Positions 30,287 to 39,830 of a stretch of DNA of 46,866 nucleotides are shown here, one piece after another. Where the stretch lies: assembly GCA_027623195.1 (NCBI GenBank), contig JAQBUT010000024.1, positions 1 through 46,866 on the forward strand, given 5' to 3'. The translations under genes were made by a program, and so were the position numbers. This DNA comes from Chloroflexota bacterium (GTDB lineage: Bacteria; Chloroflexota; Dehalococcoidia; Lucifugimonadales; JADFKI01). The first letter of the stretch is position 1. Each line of letters opens with the position of its first letter. A model generated the notes under the pieces. It saw only the letters and a program-made list of their open reading frames with translations. It did no database searches and had not been told where the DNA came from.

Positions 30287-30414
30287 GCACGATATCCGGC
30301 TCTAAATCACCAGTGAAGTCCAACGGCGATGACTCCCTTAACACCGCCAATGAAGACCGTTTTTACATTTGACGATCCAATGCGGTGTGCTAAGGTTTTC
30401 AACGGGGGTTAAAT

Positions 30415-31545
30415 TTGATTTCTTCGGGGAAGTTCTGGATAGGTATGGGGCTCAGTGCAGCCCTGTTGGCACTGTTCTTCTGGACAGTCGATGTAAGCGA
30501 GATGCTGGACTCTCTGGCTGGGGCCAATTACGTATTCCTTGCGCCGGCGGTGATGGCCTATTTCGTGTCAGTGCTTTTTCGTACTTGGCGATGGCGCGTG
30601 CTGCTGAAACACATGAAGCCCGTCAGTACCCGTAGGCTCTACCCGGTCGTAACCATAGGCTACATGGCCAATAACCTACTGCCTATGCGCTTGGGAGAAA
30701 TCGTGCGCAGCTACTACATTGGAGAGCGCGAAGGAATCAGCAAAACGGCGGCCCTCGTCACCATATTTATAGAACGCATTCTGGATGCGTTGACCTTGCT
30801 GTTTTTCATAGCCGCTATCGCGATATTCGTGCCCCTGTCCGGGCTGGCCGAAGCCTTTGGAGACAAGGCCGGGCTGGCGTGGCCCCTCCTTGTGATAGCG
30901 TTCAGCGCGCCGTTTGTCCTGGCCTTCGGGACGCTACTTCTGTTTGCAGCCTTTCCGACCCAGACCAGATCGCTCTCCATGACTTTCGTCCGCCCCTTTC
31001 CGGAACGCTTCGAAGCGCCCATGCGCAATATGATTGATTATTTCCTGCATGGCCTGATACCCCTGCGCAATCCTAAGACCATCACCCAGCTATTCTTGCT
31101 CTCAATACCCATATGGCTGCTGGAAGCACTTTTGTTCTTTCTGGTCGCATTCTCTTTCGATATCCAATACGCCTTTCTGGGCATTGGACAGATGGCGGTA
31201 GGGATGGTGCTGGTAACGGCCATCGTCAACATAGGCAGCTCAATTCCCGCAGCTCCGGGAGGCATAGGCCTCTTCGAATTGATTACCCGAGAGACCCTGG
31301 TATTGCTGCCGCTGGCATCCGTGGACAGGTCGGTGGCGGCAGGATTCGCTACGTTGGCACACGCAGCCCTGTTATTGCCGATGATACTGCTGGGGCAGGT
31401 GTTTCTGTGGACGGGCCACATCTCCCTTCGAAAGCTGGCGAGGGCCGGGCAGTCAGAGGAGATAGCCCATTCTGAGCCGCCTCCGCCGTCGAGTCCATCC
31501 GGCCTACCGTCGACGCAGGTGGCCGATGATGGGGGAACGCCTTGA
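30415..31545 (+). CDS. Lysylphosphatidylglycerol synthase TM-domain / flippase-like membrane protein (UPF0104)
   Basis: R.WRW..LL, GYMANNLLP.RLGE.VR, ERILD, P.APGGIG.FE. Confidence 0.88.
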   Translation: MISSGKFWIGMGLSAALLALFFWTVDVSEMLDSLAGANYVFLAPAVMAYFVSVLFRTWRWRVLLKHMKPVSTRRLYPVVTIGYMANNLLPMRLGEIVRSYYIGEREGISKTAALVTIFIERILDALTLLFFIAAIAIFVPLSGLAEAFGDKAGLAWPLLVIAFSAPFVLAFGTLLLFAAFPTQTRSLSMTFVRPFPERFEAPMRNMIDYFLHGLIPLRNPKTITQLFLLSIPIWLLEALLFFLVAFSFDIQYAFLGIGQMAVGMVLVTAIVNIGSSIPAAPGGIGLFELITRETLVLLPLASVDRSVAAGFATLAHAALLLPMILLGQVFLWTGHISLRKLARAGQSEEIAHSEPPPPSSPSGLPSTQVADDGGTP

Positions 31546-32864
31546 AGATCGGAATCATAGGAGCAGGCGCGGCCGGCCTAGCGGCTGCCTATCGTCTGGG
31601 CAAGCAGGGCCATAAGGTTGTGGTCTACGAACAGGCGCCTTTTGTTGGGGGGCAGGCCTCCACCTTCGACGTGGGCGGCGCAAGGCTGGAGAGGGGCTAC
31701 CACCACTGGTTCACCAGCGATACCGACATCATAGAGCTCACGGAGGAGGTAGGCCTGGGGCATCAAATCCAATGGATTGACTCCACCGTTGGCACACTTT
31801 ACGACGGGAAAATCTACGACTTTGTTACGCCCCTGGACCTGCTGAAGTTCAAGCCTCTAAGCCTGGTGGACCGCTTCCGACTGGGACTTATGACACTGTA
31901 TCTACAGAGGCAGAAGAACTACCGCAAGTACGAGGGCATCACGGCGCACGAATGGCTGAGCGGCCACGTAGGTCGTGGAGGATACGAGGCGTTCTGGGAG
32001 CCCATGCTAAGGGGCAAGTTCGGCGAAGAGTTTTACAAGCAGATCGGTATGGTCTGGGTCTGGGGCAAGGTGCAGACGCGGGTGAAGTCCCGGGGCAAGA
32101 GCATGATCAAGGAAAAGCTGGGCTATCCAATAGGTAGCTTCGGTGAAATCTTCGAGGTGCTGGCGGACAAGATACGCGGACAAGGCGGCGAGGTACACCT
32201 TTCCGCATCGGTGGAGCAGGTGCTAACGGCAGATGGACGCGCCACTGGCCTGCGCGTGGCCATCGCGGGAGGGCCGGCAATGGACCAGGACTTTGACGCC
32301 ATCATATCCACAACGCCTTCTTATCTCTTTCCCAAGCTTGTGCCGGACCTCCCCGTTGATTACCTGGCAAAGCTTACAAACGCCCGTTACATGGGAGCGG
32401 TGCTACTTGTCCTCGTCATGGACCGCCCTCTCTCCCGTGTCTACTGGCTCAATGTAGCGGACCGCTCCATACCTTTCGTGGCAGTCATAGAGCACACCAA
32501 TCTAATCAGCCCGGCGCGCTACGGCGGCAAGCACGTCGTATACCTGTCCAATTACCTGAGCACGGACAGTCCCATGTACAAGATGGACCGCCAGGAACTA
32601 TTGGATGCCTACGTGCCGCACCTGAAGAAGATCAACCCAGGGTTCGACACGTCATGGATAGAGGAGAGTTACCACCACCGCATCGGAGCCGCGCAGCCCA
32701 TTGTAGGGGTCAACTATTCTTCACAGATCCCTGACCATCGAACGCCTATAAGAAATCTGTACCTCGCCAACACCACGCAGATATACCCCGAAGACCGAGG
32801 CACCAACTACAGCGTTCGCATGGGAAACCAGGTGGCAGACATGGTGTCGCAGGATTTGGCGTAA
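31542..32864 (+). CDS. FAD-dependent oxidoreductase (protoporphyrinogen oxidase/amine oxidase-like, often in glycosylation loci)
   Basis: IIGAGAAGL, GG.AST, LERGYHH.F.SD, IEHTN, YLSNY, IYPEDRGTNY; TTGA overlap with the upstream gene. Confidence 0.88.
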   Translation: MKIGIIGAGAAGLAAAYRLGKQGHKVVVYEQAPFVGGQASTFDVGGARLERGYHHWFTSDTDIIELTEEVGLGHQIQWIDSTVGTLYDGKIYDFVTPLDLLKFKPLSLVDRFRLGLMTLYLQRQKNYRKYEGITAHEWLSGHVGRGGYEAFWEPMLRGKFGEEFYKQIGMVWVWGKVQTRVKSRGKSMIKEKLGYPIGSFGEIFEVLADKIRGQGGEVHLSASVEQVLTADGRATGLRVAIAGGPAMDQDFDAIISTTPSYLFPKLVPDLPVDYLAKLTNARYMGAVLLVLVMDRPLSRVYWLNVADRSIPFVAVIEHTNLISPARYGGKHVVYLSNYLSTDSPMYKMDRQELLDAYVPHLKKINPGFDTSWIEESYHHRIGAAQPIVGVNYSSQIPDHRTPIRNLYLANTTQIYPEDRGTNYSVRMGNQVADMVSQDLA

Positions 32865-32890
32865 GAGTCGATAAGGGCTAGAATCAACTT

Positions 32891-33181
32891 ATGAGCATGG
32901 AAAAGCTTCTAAGGCCCCATCGCAACGAAATTCTGGCGTTGGCAAAAAAGCGCGGCGCACGAAATATTCGTGTGTTCGGCTCGGTCGCTGGCAATGAAGC
33001 CACTACGGACAGTGACGTTGACATACTTGTGGAAATGGAGCCCGGCCGCAGCCTTCTTGATCTTACCGGATTGCAGTTGGACCTTGAGGAACTGCTGGGG
33101 CGTGACGTAGACGTGGTCACGGAAAAAGGACTTAGCCCATACCTTAGAGACCGTATCCTGGCTGAGGCAACCCCTTTATGA
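32891..33181 (+). CDS. mntA: Minimal nucleotidyltransferase antitoxin (MntA-like)
   Basis: VFGSVA.......SDVDILV (GS-x10-DxD), LEELLGRDVDVV; 96 aa. Confidence 0.88.
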   Translation: MSMEKLLRPHRNEILALAKKRGARNIRVFGSVAGNEATTDSDVDILVEMEPGRSLLDLTGLQLDLEELLGRDVDVVTEKGLSPYLRDRILAEATPL

Positions 33182-33537
33182 AGGACAAGGACGATAGGGT
33201 ATACCTCCGGCATATCCTGGACGCCATCCCGGAAATTGAGACCTATACATTGGAAGGTCGATCCGATTTCCTGGCTTCTCACCTGCAACAACACGCCGTG
33301 ATTTGGAATGTGGGAATTGTTGGATAACCCTCCTGCCAGATGTCACAGCATTTTAGAGACGCTCATCCCGATGTTCCTTGGAGGGAGATTGTGGGAATGA
33401 GAAATCGACTGGTACACGAATACTTCAATGTTGATCCGGAGCTGATTTGGGATGTAGTCTCAGGGGATATTCCTGAATTGAGGTCGCGGGTGGAAGCAAT
33501 GTTAGAGGAACTGCAGGGCTCTTCGGGCCCGGGATGA
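33178..33537 (+). pseudogene. hepT: HepT/DUF86 HEPN RNase toxin interrupted by an in-frame TAA
   Basis: ATGA coupling with mntA. It reads MKDKDDRVYLRHILDAI...IVG*PSCQMS...PW..I.GMRNRLVHEYF; the stop at 33325-33327 is at the conserved IGE position. Confidence 0.85.
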
Positions 33538-33607
33538 GGTTGCGTTCACAGGGGCATGCCTTTATCCTATATCGTGATAAATTTATCAAGTTCTGGAGAC
33601 GCCGCTT

Positions 33608-34090
33608 TTGACCTCCCAAAGCGAGGACCTCAGGCTCCGCATTCGCGAGGCTATCCGCGCGCAAACCAAGACTAACGTCAACGTTCTTTCCTCGTTGCAT
33701 GCCGTCCTCGACGACCTGGGCTATATACCAGCAGAAGCCGTGGAAGAGGTCGCAAATTCCCAACACGTCACTATAAATGAGGTCTGGGGCGTCGCGTCCT
33801 TCTACACCAACTTCCGCTTCACACCTCCCGGCGCCAATTCAGTGGAAATATGCTGGGGGCCAACTTGCCACCTCCTGGGAGCACAGCAGATAGTCAGAGC
33901 CGTATTCGACGATCTGGGGCTGGAGGACGAAGGCGAGACGGACGATAACAAGGTGTCGGTCAAACTCAACACGTGCCTGGGCGCCTGTTCGCAGGCTCCA
34001 GTATTGATGATTAACCACAAACTTGTGGGTCGGGCCTCGGTGGAATCAGCCCGGTCACAAATCTCCGAACTGCCTTCGGGCGGACATTAA
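33608..34090 (+). CDS. nuoE: NuoE/HydC-like [2Fe-2S] subunit
   Basis: LH..D.LGYIP, GVASFY..F, ICWGPTCH.LG...CLGAC..AP (4 Cys). Confidence 0.85.
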   Translation: MTSQSEDLRLRIREAIRAQTKTNVNVLSSLHAVLDDLGYIPAEAVEEVANSQHVTINEVWGVASFYTNFRFTPPGANSVEICWGPTCHLLGAQQIVRAVFDDLGLEDEGETDDNKVSVKLNTCLGACSQAPVLMINHKLVGRASVESARSQISELPSGGH

Positions 34091-34136
34091 CTTCGACGCC
34101 GCGATGATAACCCTGAAAGGCCTAACGCAACCCCTC

Positions 34137-35888
34137 ATGCCGTCTTACCAAGAACTAAATTCGCAGGCTGACGAGCGTTGGCAGGAGCTGACTAACGGCG
34201 ATACCCCGTGGATACGGGTGGGCACCGCCATGTGTGGTCACGCGGCTGGCGGCTATCAGGTGCTGGACGCGATCCGGTCGGAACTAGACAAGCGAGGCAT
34301 CGCGGCCAACGTTGATGAGGTTGGTTGCCTGGGCATCTGTTACGCAGAGCCTCTCGTGGATATCCAGAAGCCGGGACGCTCTAGACTATTCTTTGGCAAC
34401 GTCAGCCCCGAGAATGTACCAGCTATTTTAGAAGCCTACCTGGTGAACGACAAACTACCCGAGAGCAACGTGCTAGGTTACCTCGGAGAGTCCGCTGAAT
34501 TGGGTGCGGCAAACCTGGCAGAGTTCTCAGGTATCAAGCGCCAGCATCGCATAGCCCTGCGGAACGGCGGCAACACCGCCCCAAATGACATTCTCCAATA
34601 CATAGCAAACGGCGGCTACGCAGGCCTCAACAAGGCCCTGTTCGACCTGCAGCCCGCTGAGGTAATAAAGGAAGTGACCGACTCCGGCCTGCGCGGGAGA
34701 GGCGGGGCAGCCTTCCCCACCGGCGTCAAGTGGAGCTTCATGGTCCGGGCAGAACCTCCCAAGTACATCCTCTGCAACTGCGAGGAGGGCGACCCCGGTG
34801 CCTACAACGACAAGGGCATCCTGGAAAGCGACCCTTACACCCTGCTGGAAGGCATGTGTATCGCTGGATACGCGACGGGCTCGACCAATGGCTTCGTGTT
34901 CATTCGCCACGGCCACGAAGGCCCCATTAGCCGAACAGAGAAGGCCATTGAGCAGGCCTACGAAAAAGGTCTTCTTGGCAAGAACATAATGGGCTCCGAT
35001 TTCAGCTTCGAAATCGAGGTTGCGCTCACTGGGGAGTCATACGTGGCTGGTGAAGAGACGGCGCTAATGGAGGCCATCGAGGGACACCGCTCAATGCCAC
35101 GTTCCAGACCTCCCTTCCCTGCCGCATTTGGCGTGTGGGGCAGGCCCAGCACAATCAACAATGTGAAAAGTCTCTCTTACGCGCCGGAGATCATCTCCAA
35201 GGGGGCCGCGTGGTTCTCTGGCATAGGCGTGAACCGCAGCACCGGAACGGCCATCGTTTGCCTGAATGGAAAGGTGAACTACCCCGGCCTTTACGAGGTG
35301 CCTATGGGGCTGACCCTGGACGAGATCGTTAACGATATCGGCGGAGGCGTTCCCAACGGCAAGAGCCTGAAGATGCTTCAGACCGGCGGCCCTTTGGGCG
35401 GAGTGTTGGGGGCCGACAGCATGGGCGTGCATATCGACTTTGACGAAATGCGCGAGGCTGGCGCCATATTTGGCTCCGGCGGCATCATAGTCATCGACGA
35501 GGACACTTGTGCCGTCGACATCACCCGTAATCTGGTCGCATTTACCCAGTACGAGTCCTGCGGCAAATGCTTCCCCTGTCGACTAGGTATGGAGCAACTC
35601 CTGGAAGTAGTCGAGCGCATCGCCATATTTAAGAGCAAGCCTGAGGATCTGGCGCTATTGCGAAGCATCGGCAAGACTATGGAGGGCAGTTCGCTTTGCG
35701 GCCACGGCCAGCTAGGCTTCGGTCCCATTCGCTCTGCCATACAACACTTCGAAGCCGACTTTATGGCGCACATAGAGGAGAAGCGCTGCCCTACCGGCAG
35801 TTGCCTTACCCCCATGATCGCCCCCAAGAACACGCGACCGTACGCTGCGGAATTTGTGCCGCAGCAGCCTCAACGAGCAGGATCATAG
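34137..35888 (+). CDS. nuoF: NuoF/HydB-like FMN/NADH-binding subunit with N-terminal thioredoxin-like domain
   Basis: VGCLGICYAEP, SGLRGRGGAAFPTGVKW, NCEEGDPG, GEETAL, GGPLGG, ESCGKCFPCR...LCGHG. The likely start is ATG 34137. Confidence 0.88.
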   Translation: MPSYQELNSQADERWQELTNGDTPWIRVGTAMCGHAAGGYQVLDAIRSELDKRGIAANVDEVGCLGICYAEPLVDIQKPGRSRLFFGNVSPENVPAILEAYLVNDKLPESNVLGYLGESAELGAANLAEFSGIKRQHRIALRNGGNTAPNDILQYIANGGYAGLNKALFDLQPAEVIKEVTDSGLRGRGGAAFPTGVKWSFMVRAEPPKYILCNCEEGDPGAYNDKGILESDPYTLLEGMCIAGYATGSTNGFVFIRHGHEGPISRTEKAIEQAYEKGLLGKNIMGSDFSFEIEVALTGESYVAGEETALMEAIEGHRSMPRSRPPFPAAFGVWGRPSTINNVKSLSYAPEIISKGAAWFSGIGVNRSTGTAIVCLNGKVNYPGLYEVPMGLTLDEIVNDIGGGVPNGKSLKMLQTGGPLGGVLGADSMGVHIDFDEMREAGAIFGSGGIIVIDEDTCAVDITRNLVAFTQYESCGKCFPCRLGMEQLLEVVERIAIFKSKPEDLALLRSIGKTMEGSSLCGHGQLGFGPIRSAIQHFEADFMAHIEEKRCPTGSCLTPMIAPKNTRPYAAEFVPQQPQRAGS

Positions 35889-35940
35889 GCGGAACTTCCC
35901 ATAGCTATGTAGGGATGGATCACGCTAATCGGAGACCAAC

Positions 35941-38736
35941 ATGCCAGACGACATAACAATAAGTATCGACGGCGTTGAGGTTAAAACTCAGCCCGGTAAG
36001 ATGATTATTCAGGCTGCCATGGACGCCGGCATGTACATACCGTACCTGTGTTACTACCCCGGCATGAAGCCCTACGGCGCCTGCCGCATGTGCGTGGTGA
36101 AAGCCGAGTCGCCCGGTCCCGACGGCACGTACAGGTCGCTGCCCGGAAGCCCAGCCTCATGCACCACGCCAGTGGCCGACGGCATGCGTGTGACCTCCAA
36201 TTCAGATGAGATCATAGACCTGCGACGCGGAATCATGGACCTGCTGATTTCAGAGCATCCCCACGGGTGCCTGACGTGCCACCGCATTGAGCTTTGCGGC
36301 CCCTCGGACATCTGCCTGCGCCACGTGACCGTAAACGACCGCTGCGTTACCTGTCCCAAAAACGAACGCTGCGAACTGAAGGACACGGTGCGTTTCCTGG
36401 ATATGGACATGGACTCGTCCCTGTCCTACAACAACCGTCATTTGCCTCTGGCAGTAAGCGACCCCTACTGGGAAATGGACATGAACCTCTGCATTGTGTG
36501 CGCCCGCTGCGTTCGCGTATGCGACGAAGTCCGAGGGGACAGCGCCATAACGCTCCTGGAGCGGTCCGACAAGGTGCTTATCGGCACATCGCAGGGCACA
36601 TCTCTGCTGGAATCAGGGTGCGAGTTCTGCGGAGCGTGCATCGACGTCTGCCCCACCGGAGCGCTGGTAGAGCGCAAGTACAAGTGGGACAAGCCAGTCG
36701 AAACGGTCAACACCATCTGTCCTCACTGCCCGGTGGGCTGCGAGATAAGGCTGGAAGTGGACAAGCGCAACCGCGTCATCAGGTCCACGCCGGACATAAG
36801 CTCTGCTGCAAATCGAGGTCAGTTCTGTTTCAAAGGCAAGTTCGGGCTGGATTTTGTAAACAACACCAAGGAACGGTTGAAGAAGCCTCTGATTCGCCGC
36901 GATGGTGAGCTGCAAGAGGTAAGCTGGCCCGACGCACTGGACGCTGTTGCCCAGAAGCTGGGGCAACACAAGGGCGGAGGATACGCCCTGCTGGCGTCGC
37001 CCAGAGGCACCAACGAAGACAACTACGTGGCCCAGAAGTTCGCCAGGGCCGTTATGAACAGCAACAACGTGGACGTCTCTTCTAACGTCCGACCCGAGCT
37101 TACCAGGCCGCTGGCCGACCTGCTGGGGAGACAGGCCGCCACCAACCCTATATGGGACCTGGAGAATGCCTCCAGCATCATGGTGGTCTCCAGCAACATG
37201 ACCGAGGAGCAGAACGTCGTCGCCGTGCCCATCAAGAGGGCTGTCAAGGCGGGCGCGTCCCTCATCGTCATAGACCAGCGCGAGACTGAACTGGCGCGGC
37301 ATGCCTCTCTTTGGCTGCGACCTGCTCCCGGCACAGAGTCCAGCGTCATTGGCGGTATGCTCCGGGTGATCGTGGACGAGTCCCTGGACGACCATGAGTT
37401 CCTGGCAGCCAACTGCGAAGGCGTGGACACTCTTAGGAACAACCTGTGGTCCTTCGATCTGCTCAAGGTGGAGCGCATATCCGGCGTGCCCCACGGCCAG
37501 ATACAGGCAGCGGCCAGGGCGTTCGCCGGCAGCCCCACCGGGGCCATTCTCTACGCCCTGGAGACGTTGCCCCGCGAGATGAGAGAGGGCTGTGTTCAGG
37601 CGCTGGTTAATCTGGCGCTGGCAACCGGCAACATCGGCAAGCCATCGACCGGCCTTTACCCCATGTTCCTGGGGGCCAACGAGCAGGGCTCCAAGGACGT
37701 TGGTTGCTCGCCGGACTTCCTGCCCGGCTACCGTCCCGTGGGCGACGATCAGCGGCGAGGGCGATTCGAGACGGCTTGGGGCGTTACCCTACCCGCCGAA
37801 CCAGGACTAAGCGTCCACGGCATCGCGGATGCTGTGCGGGAAGGCAACATCAAGGCCCTGCACCTCATTGGCGATAGTCCCAACTACACTAATGGCGAGT
37901 TGGGCGAACTTCTGGAGGCGGCCAAGAACCTGGACTTCCTGGTTGTGCATAACGAGTTCCCCAGTGAGCTAACCGAGTTGGCGGACGTGGTGCTGCCGTC
38001 CATGGCCTTCGCGAACAAGGAAGGCACGTACACCAACCTGGAGCGCCGCGTGCAGCTCCTGCGGCCCGCTGTGGGGGCAAAGGGAGACGAGGACGCCGAC
38101 TGGCGTATCATCTGCCAGATTGCCAAGCGAATGGGCGCAGAAGGCTTCGATTACGATTCGCCCGAAGGCATTCTGGACGAGTTCAACAACCTGTGGCAGG
38201 CCTACGGAGGCATTACATACGAACGCCTGCAGTCCGCAGGCCTACAGTGGCCCTGCGCTGCCATAGACATGGTGGACACGCCGGTGCTGTACTCCAGCGG
38301 GTTCGTGAATCGCAAGGCCAAGCTCACGCCTATGCAGCTCTCCGAGGTCCGGCCGCACCAGAACGATGCCTACCCGTTCATTCTGGCGAGAGGCCGTGTG
38401 CTGAACCAGGCCGAACGCGAAATGGTCATTGAAAGCGTGGCCGACCGAAACCAGATCCGCCGCGACGATGTCATCGAGATGACGGCAGAGGACGCCGCAT
38501 CCGCCAACGTGGCAGACGGCGACTGGGTGGACGTGAACTTCGACGGCGGCTCCGTTCAGGGCGTCGTCAAGACCACGGGCGTACAGAAGGGCGTGCTCTC
38601 GGTAACAACCCTGTTCGGCCAGCTAATCCTCGACGTTGAGGCCAGCGATAGCCCGGACCCCATGCTGAAGGTGCCGGGGCTGCCCCTGGTGGCCGCCAGC
38701 ATCGCAAAAGTGCCCGCAGAGGTAGCCGCCGATTGA
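35941..38736 (+). CDS. NuoG/FdhF-alpha-like Fe-S molybdopterin-oxidoreductase-fold protein
   Basis: [2Fe-2S] IPYLC..GACRMCVV..C; HPHGCLTC; two [4Fe-4S] motifs CIVCARCVRVC and CEFCGACIDVCP; CPHCPVGC..CFKG; ADVVLP, EGTYTNLERRVQ. Confidence 0.88.
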   Translation: MPDDITISIDGVEVKTQPGKMIIQAAMDAGMYIPYLCYYPGMKPYGACRMCVVKAESPGPDGTYRSLPGSPASCTTPVADGMRVTSNSDEIIDLRRGIMDLLISEHPHGCLTCHRIELCGPSDICLRHVTVNDRCVTCPKNERCELKDTVRFLDMDMDSSLSYNNRHLPLAVSDPYWEMDMNLCIVCARCVRVCDEVRGDSAITLLERSDKVLIGTSQGTSLLESGCEFCGACIDVCPTGALVERKYKWDKPVETVNTICPHCPVGCEIRLEVDKRNRVIRSTPDISSAANRGQFCFKGKFGLDFVNNTKERLKKPLIRRDGELQEVSWPDALDAVAQKLGQHKGGGYALLASPRGTNEDNYVAQKFARAVMNSNNVDVSSNVRPELTRPLADLLGRQAATNPIWDLENASSIMVVSSNMTEEQNVVAVPIKRAVKAGASLIVIDQRETELARHASLWLRPAPGTESSVIGGMLRVIVDESLDDHEFLAANCEGVDTLRNNLWSFDLLKVERISGVPHGQIQAAARAFAGSPTGAILYALETLPREMREGCVQALVNLALATGNIGKPSTGLYPMFLGANEQGSKDVGCSPDFLPGYRPVGDDQRRGRFETAWGVTLPAEPGLSVHGIADAVREGNIKALHLIGDSPNYTNGELGELLEAAKNLDFLVVHNEFPSELTELADVVLPSMAFANKEGTYTNLERRVQLLRPAVGAKGDEDADWRIICQIAKRMGAEGFDYDSPEGILDEFNNLWQAYGGITYERLQSAGLQWPCAAIDMVDTPVLYSSGFVNRKAKLTPMQLSEVRPHQNDAYPFILARGRVLNQAEREMVIESVADRNQIRRDDVIEMTAEDAASANVADGDWVDVNFDGGSVQGVVKTTGVQKGVLSVTTLFGQLILDVEASDSPDPMLKVPGLPLVAASIAKVPAEVAAD

Positions 38737-38842
38737 TTTTTGAATGTCCGGCGCAACATTTACCATCGACGCGGGACGGGACGTTGGGCTCTCGCACACT
38801 GGCGAAACTTAGGCTTGGCTGGAAGCATTGGTATGATCGAGA

Positions 38843-38971
38843 CCTGCCAAAACGTTGGCATTCGTTTACTAGTGAATCTAAGGCTTTGCCGGTAGCATCG
38901 AGTACATATAAGCAATAGACGAATACGAGGAAAGTGCCTATACCCACAGGCGTAGGTGCTTTCCTCGTTTC
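38843..38971 (+). ncRNA. Candidate structured sRNA/leader with terminator-like hairpin
   Basis: Extended -10 TGGTATGAT (38829-38837); stems TGCCAA/TTGGCA, TTCGTTTA/TAGACGAA and ACGAGGAAAG..CCTA/TAGG..CTTTCCTCGT. Confidence 0.4.
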
Positions 38972-39017
38972 ACGCCACCGAGGGGCCGTGGCATTATAAA
39001 AAGACGATGGGAGGATT

Positions 39018-39767
39018 GTGAATTTGGCCACACTTAGAGAACAACAGCAAGCAAAACTCGGCTCCACCAAGGTTGTGAAGCGCCGAGAGTTAACAGCGGA
39101 CCACTGGATCATGTGGTTGGAGAAGCCCGAGGGCTACAGCTACAAGCCAGGGCAATACTGCACCATAGGCCTGGAGGGCATCGAGCGGGCATACTCCATA
39201 TCGTCCGCGCCACACGAGGACGCGCTGGAGCTGTTCATCGAGCTGGTGCCTTACGAGGACGGCGGCCACCTGACGCCGCTGCTTTACGACCTAAAGCCCG
39301 GTGACAAGGTGTCCATACGCCCACGCGCCAAGGGTATCTTCGTCTTCAAGCCCGAGTACAAGAACCACCTGCTGGTGGCGACGGTGACGGGCGTGGTACC
39401 GTACATAAGCTACATACGCGACTACCTACACTCAGGCCAGAGCGGTCACCACTTCTACGTGCTGGAGGGCGCTAGCTTCCACGACGAGTTTGGCTACGAC
39501 GACGAGCTGATACGCTTATCCGAGAAGCACCCGGACGTTGTGACGTTCATACCGACGGTGAGCCGTCCTGCCGAGCCCCGCAACAGCGGCTGGGAGGGCG
39601 AGACGGGCCGGGCCAACGCCGTGGTAGAGGCGTGCGCAGAGAAGTACGGCCTAAAGGCGGAGGACACGCTAGTCTACGCCTGCGGCCACCCCGGCATGAT
39701 CGAGGACGTCAAGGCCCGCATGACCGCCAAAGGCTACGCCTTCGAGGAAGAGCGCTTCTGGAAGTAG
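39018..39767 (+). CDS. fpr: Ferredoxin/flavodoxin-NADP+ reductase (bacterial FPR type)
   Basis: PGQY, RAYSISS, GG.LTP.L, VATVTGVVPY.S, PTVSRP, YACGHPGMI, terminal EERFW. Confidence 0.85.
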   Translation: MNLATLREQQQAKLGSTKVVKRRELTADHWIMWLEKPEGYSYKPGQYCTIGLEGIERAYSISSAPHEDALELFIELVPYEDGGHLTPLLYDLKPGDKVSIRPRAKGIFVFKPEYKNHLLVATVTGVVPYISYIRDYLHSGQSGHHFYVLEGASFHDEFGYDDELIRLSEKHPDVVTFIPTVSRPAEPRNSGWEGETGRANAVVEACAEKYGLKAEDTLVYACGHPGMIEDVKARMTAKGYAFEEERFWK

Positions 39768-39830
39768 TTTTGGGTTGCAGGCAGCCCACACGGAGATAAT
39801 TGGACGCCCGCTTTGACGCGGGCCTTTCCT

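Noticed and set aside
37060..37100. Possible selenocysteine formate dehydrogenase active site
   Set aside because: No in-frame TGA or Cys at the expected position (NNVDVSSNVRP); the ORF is uninterrupted.
36613..37494. 293-aa minus-strand ORF
   Set aside because: Antisense shadow of the NuoG-like gene.
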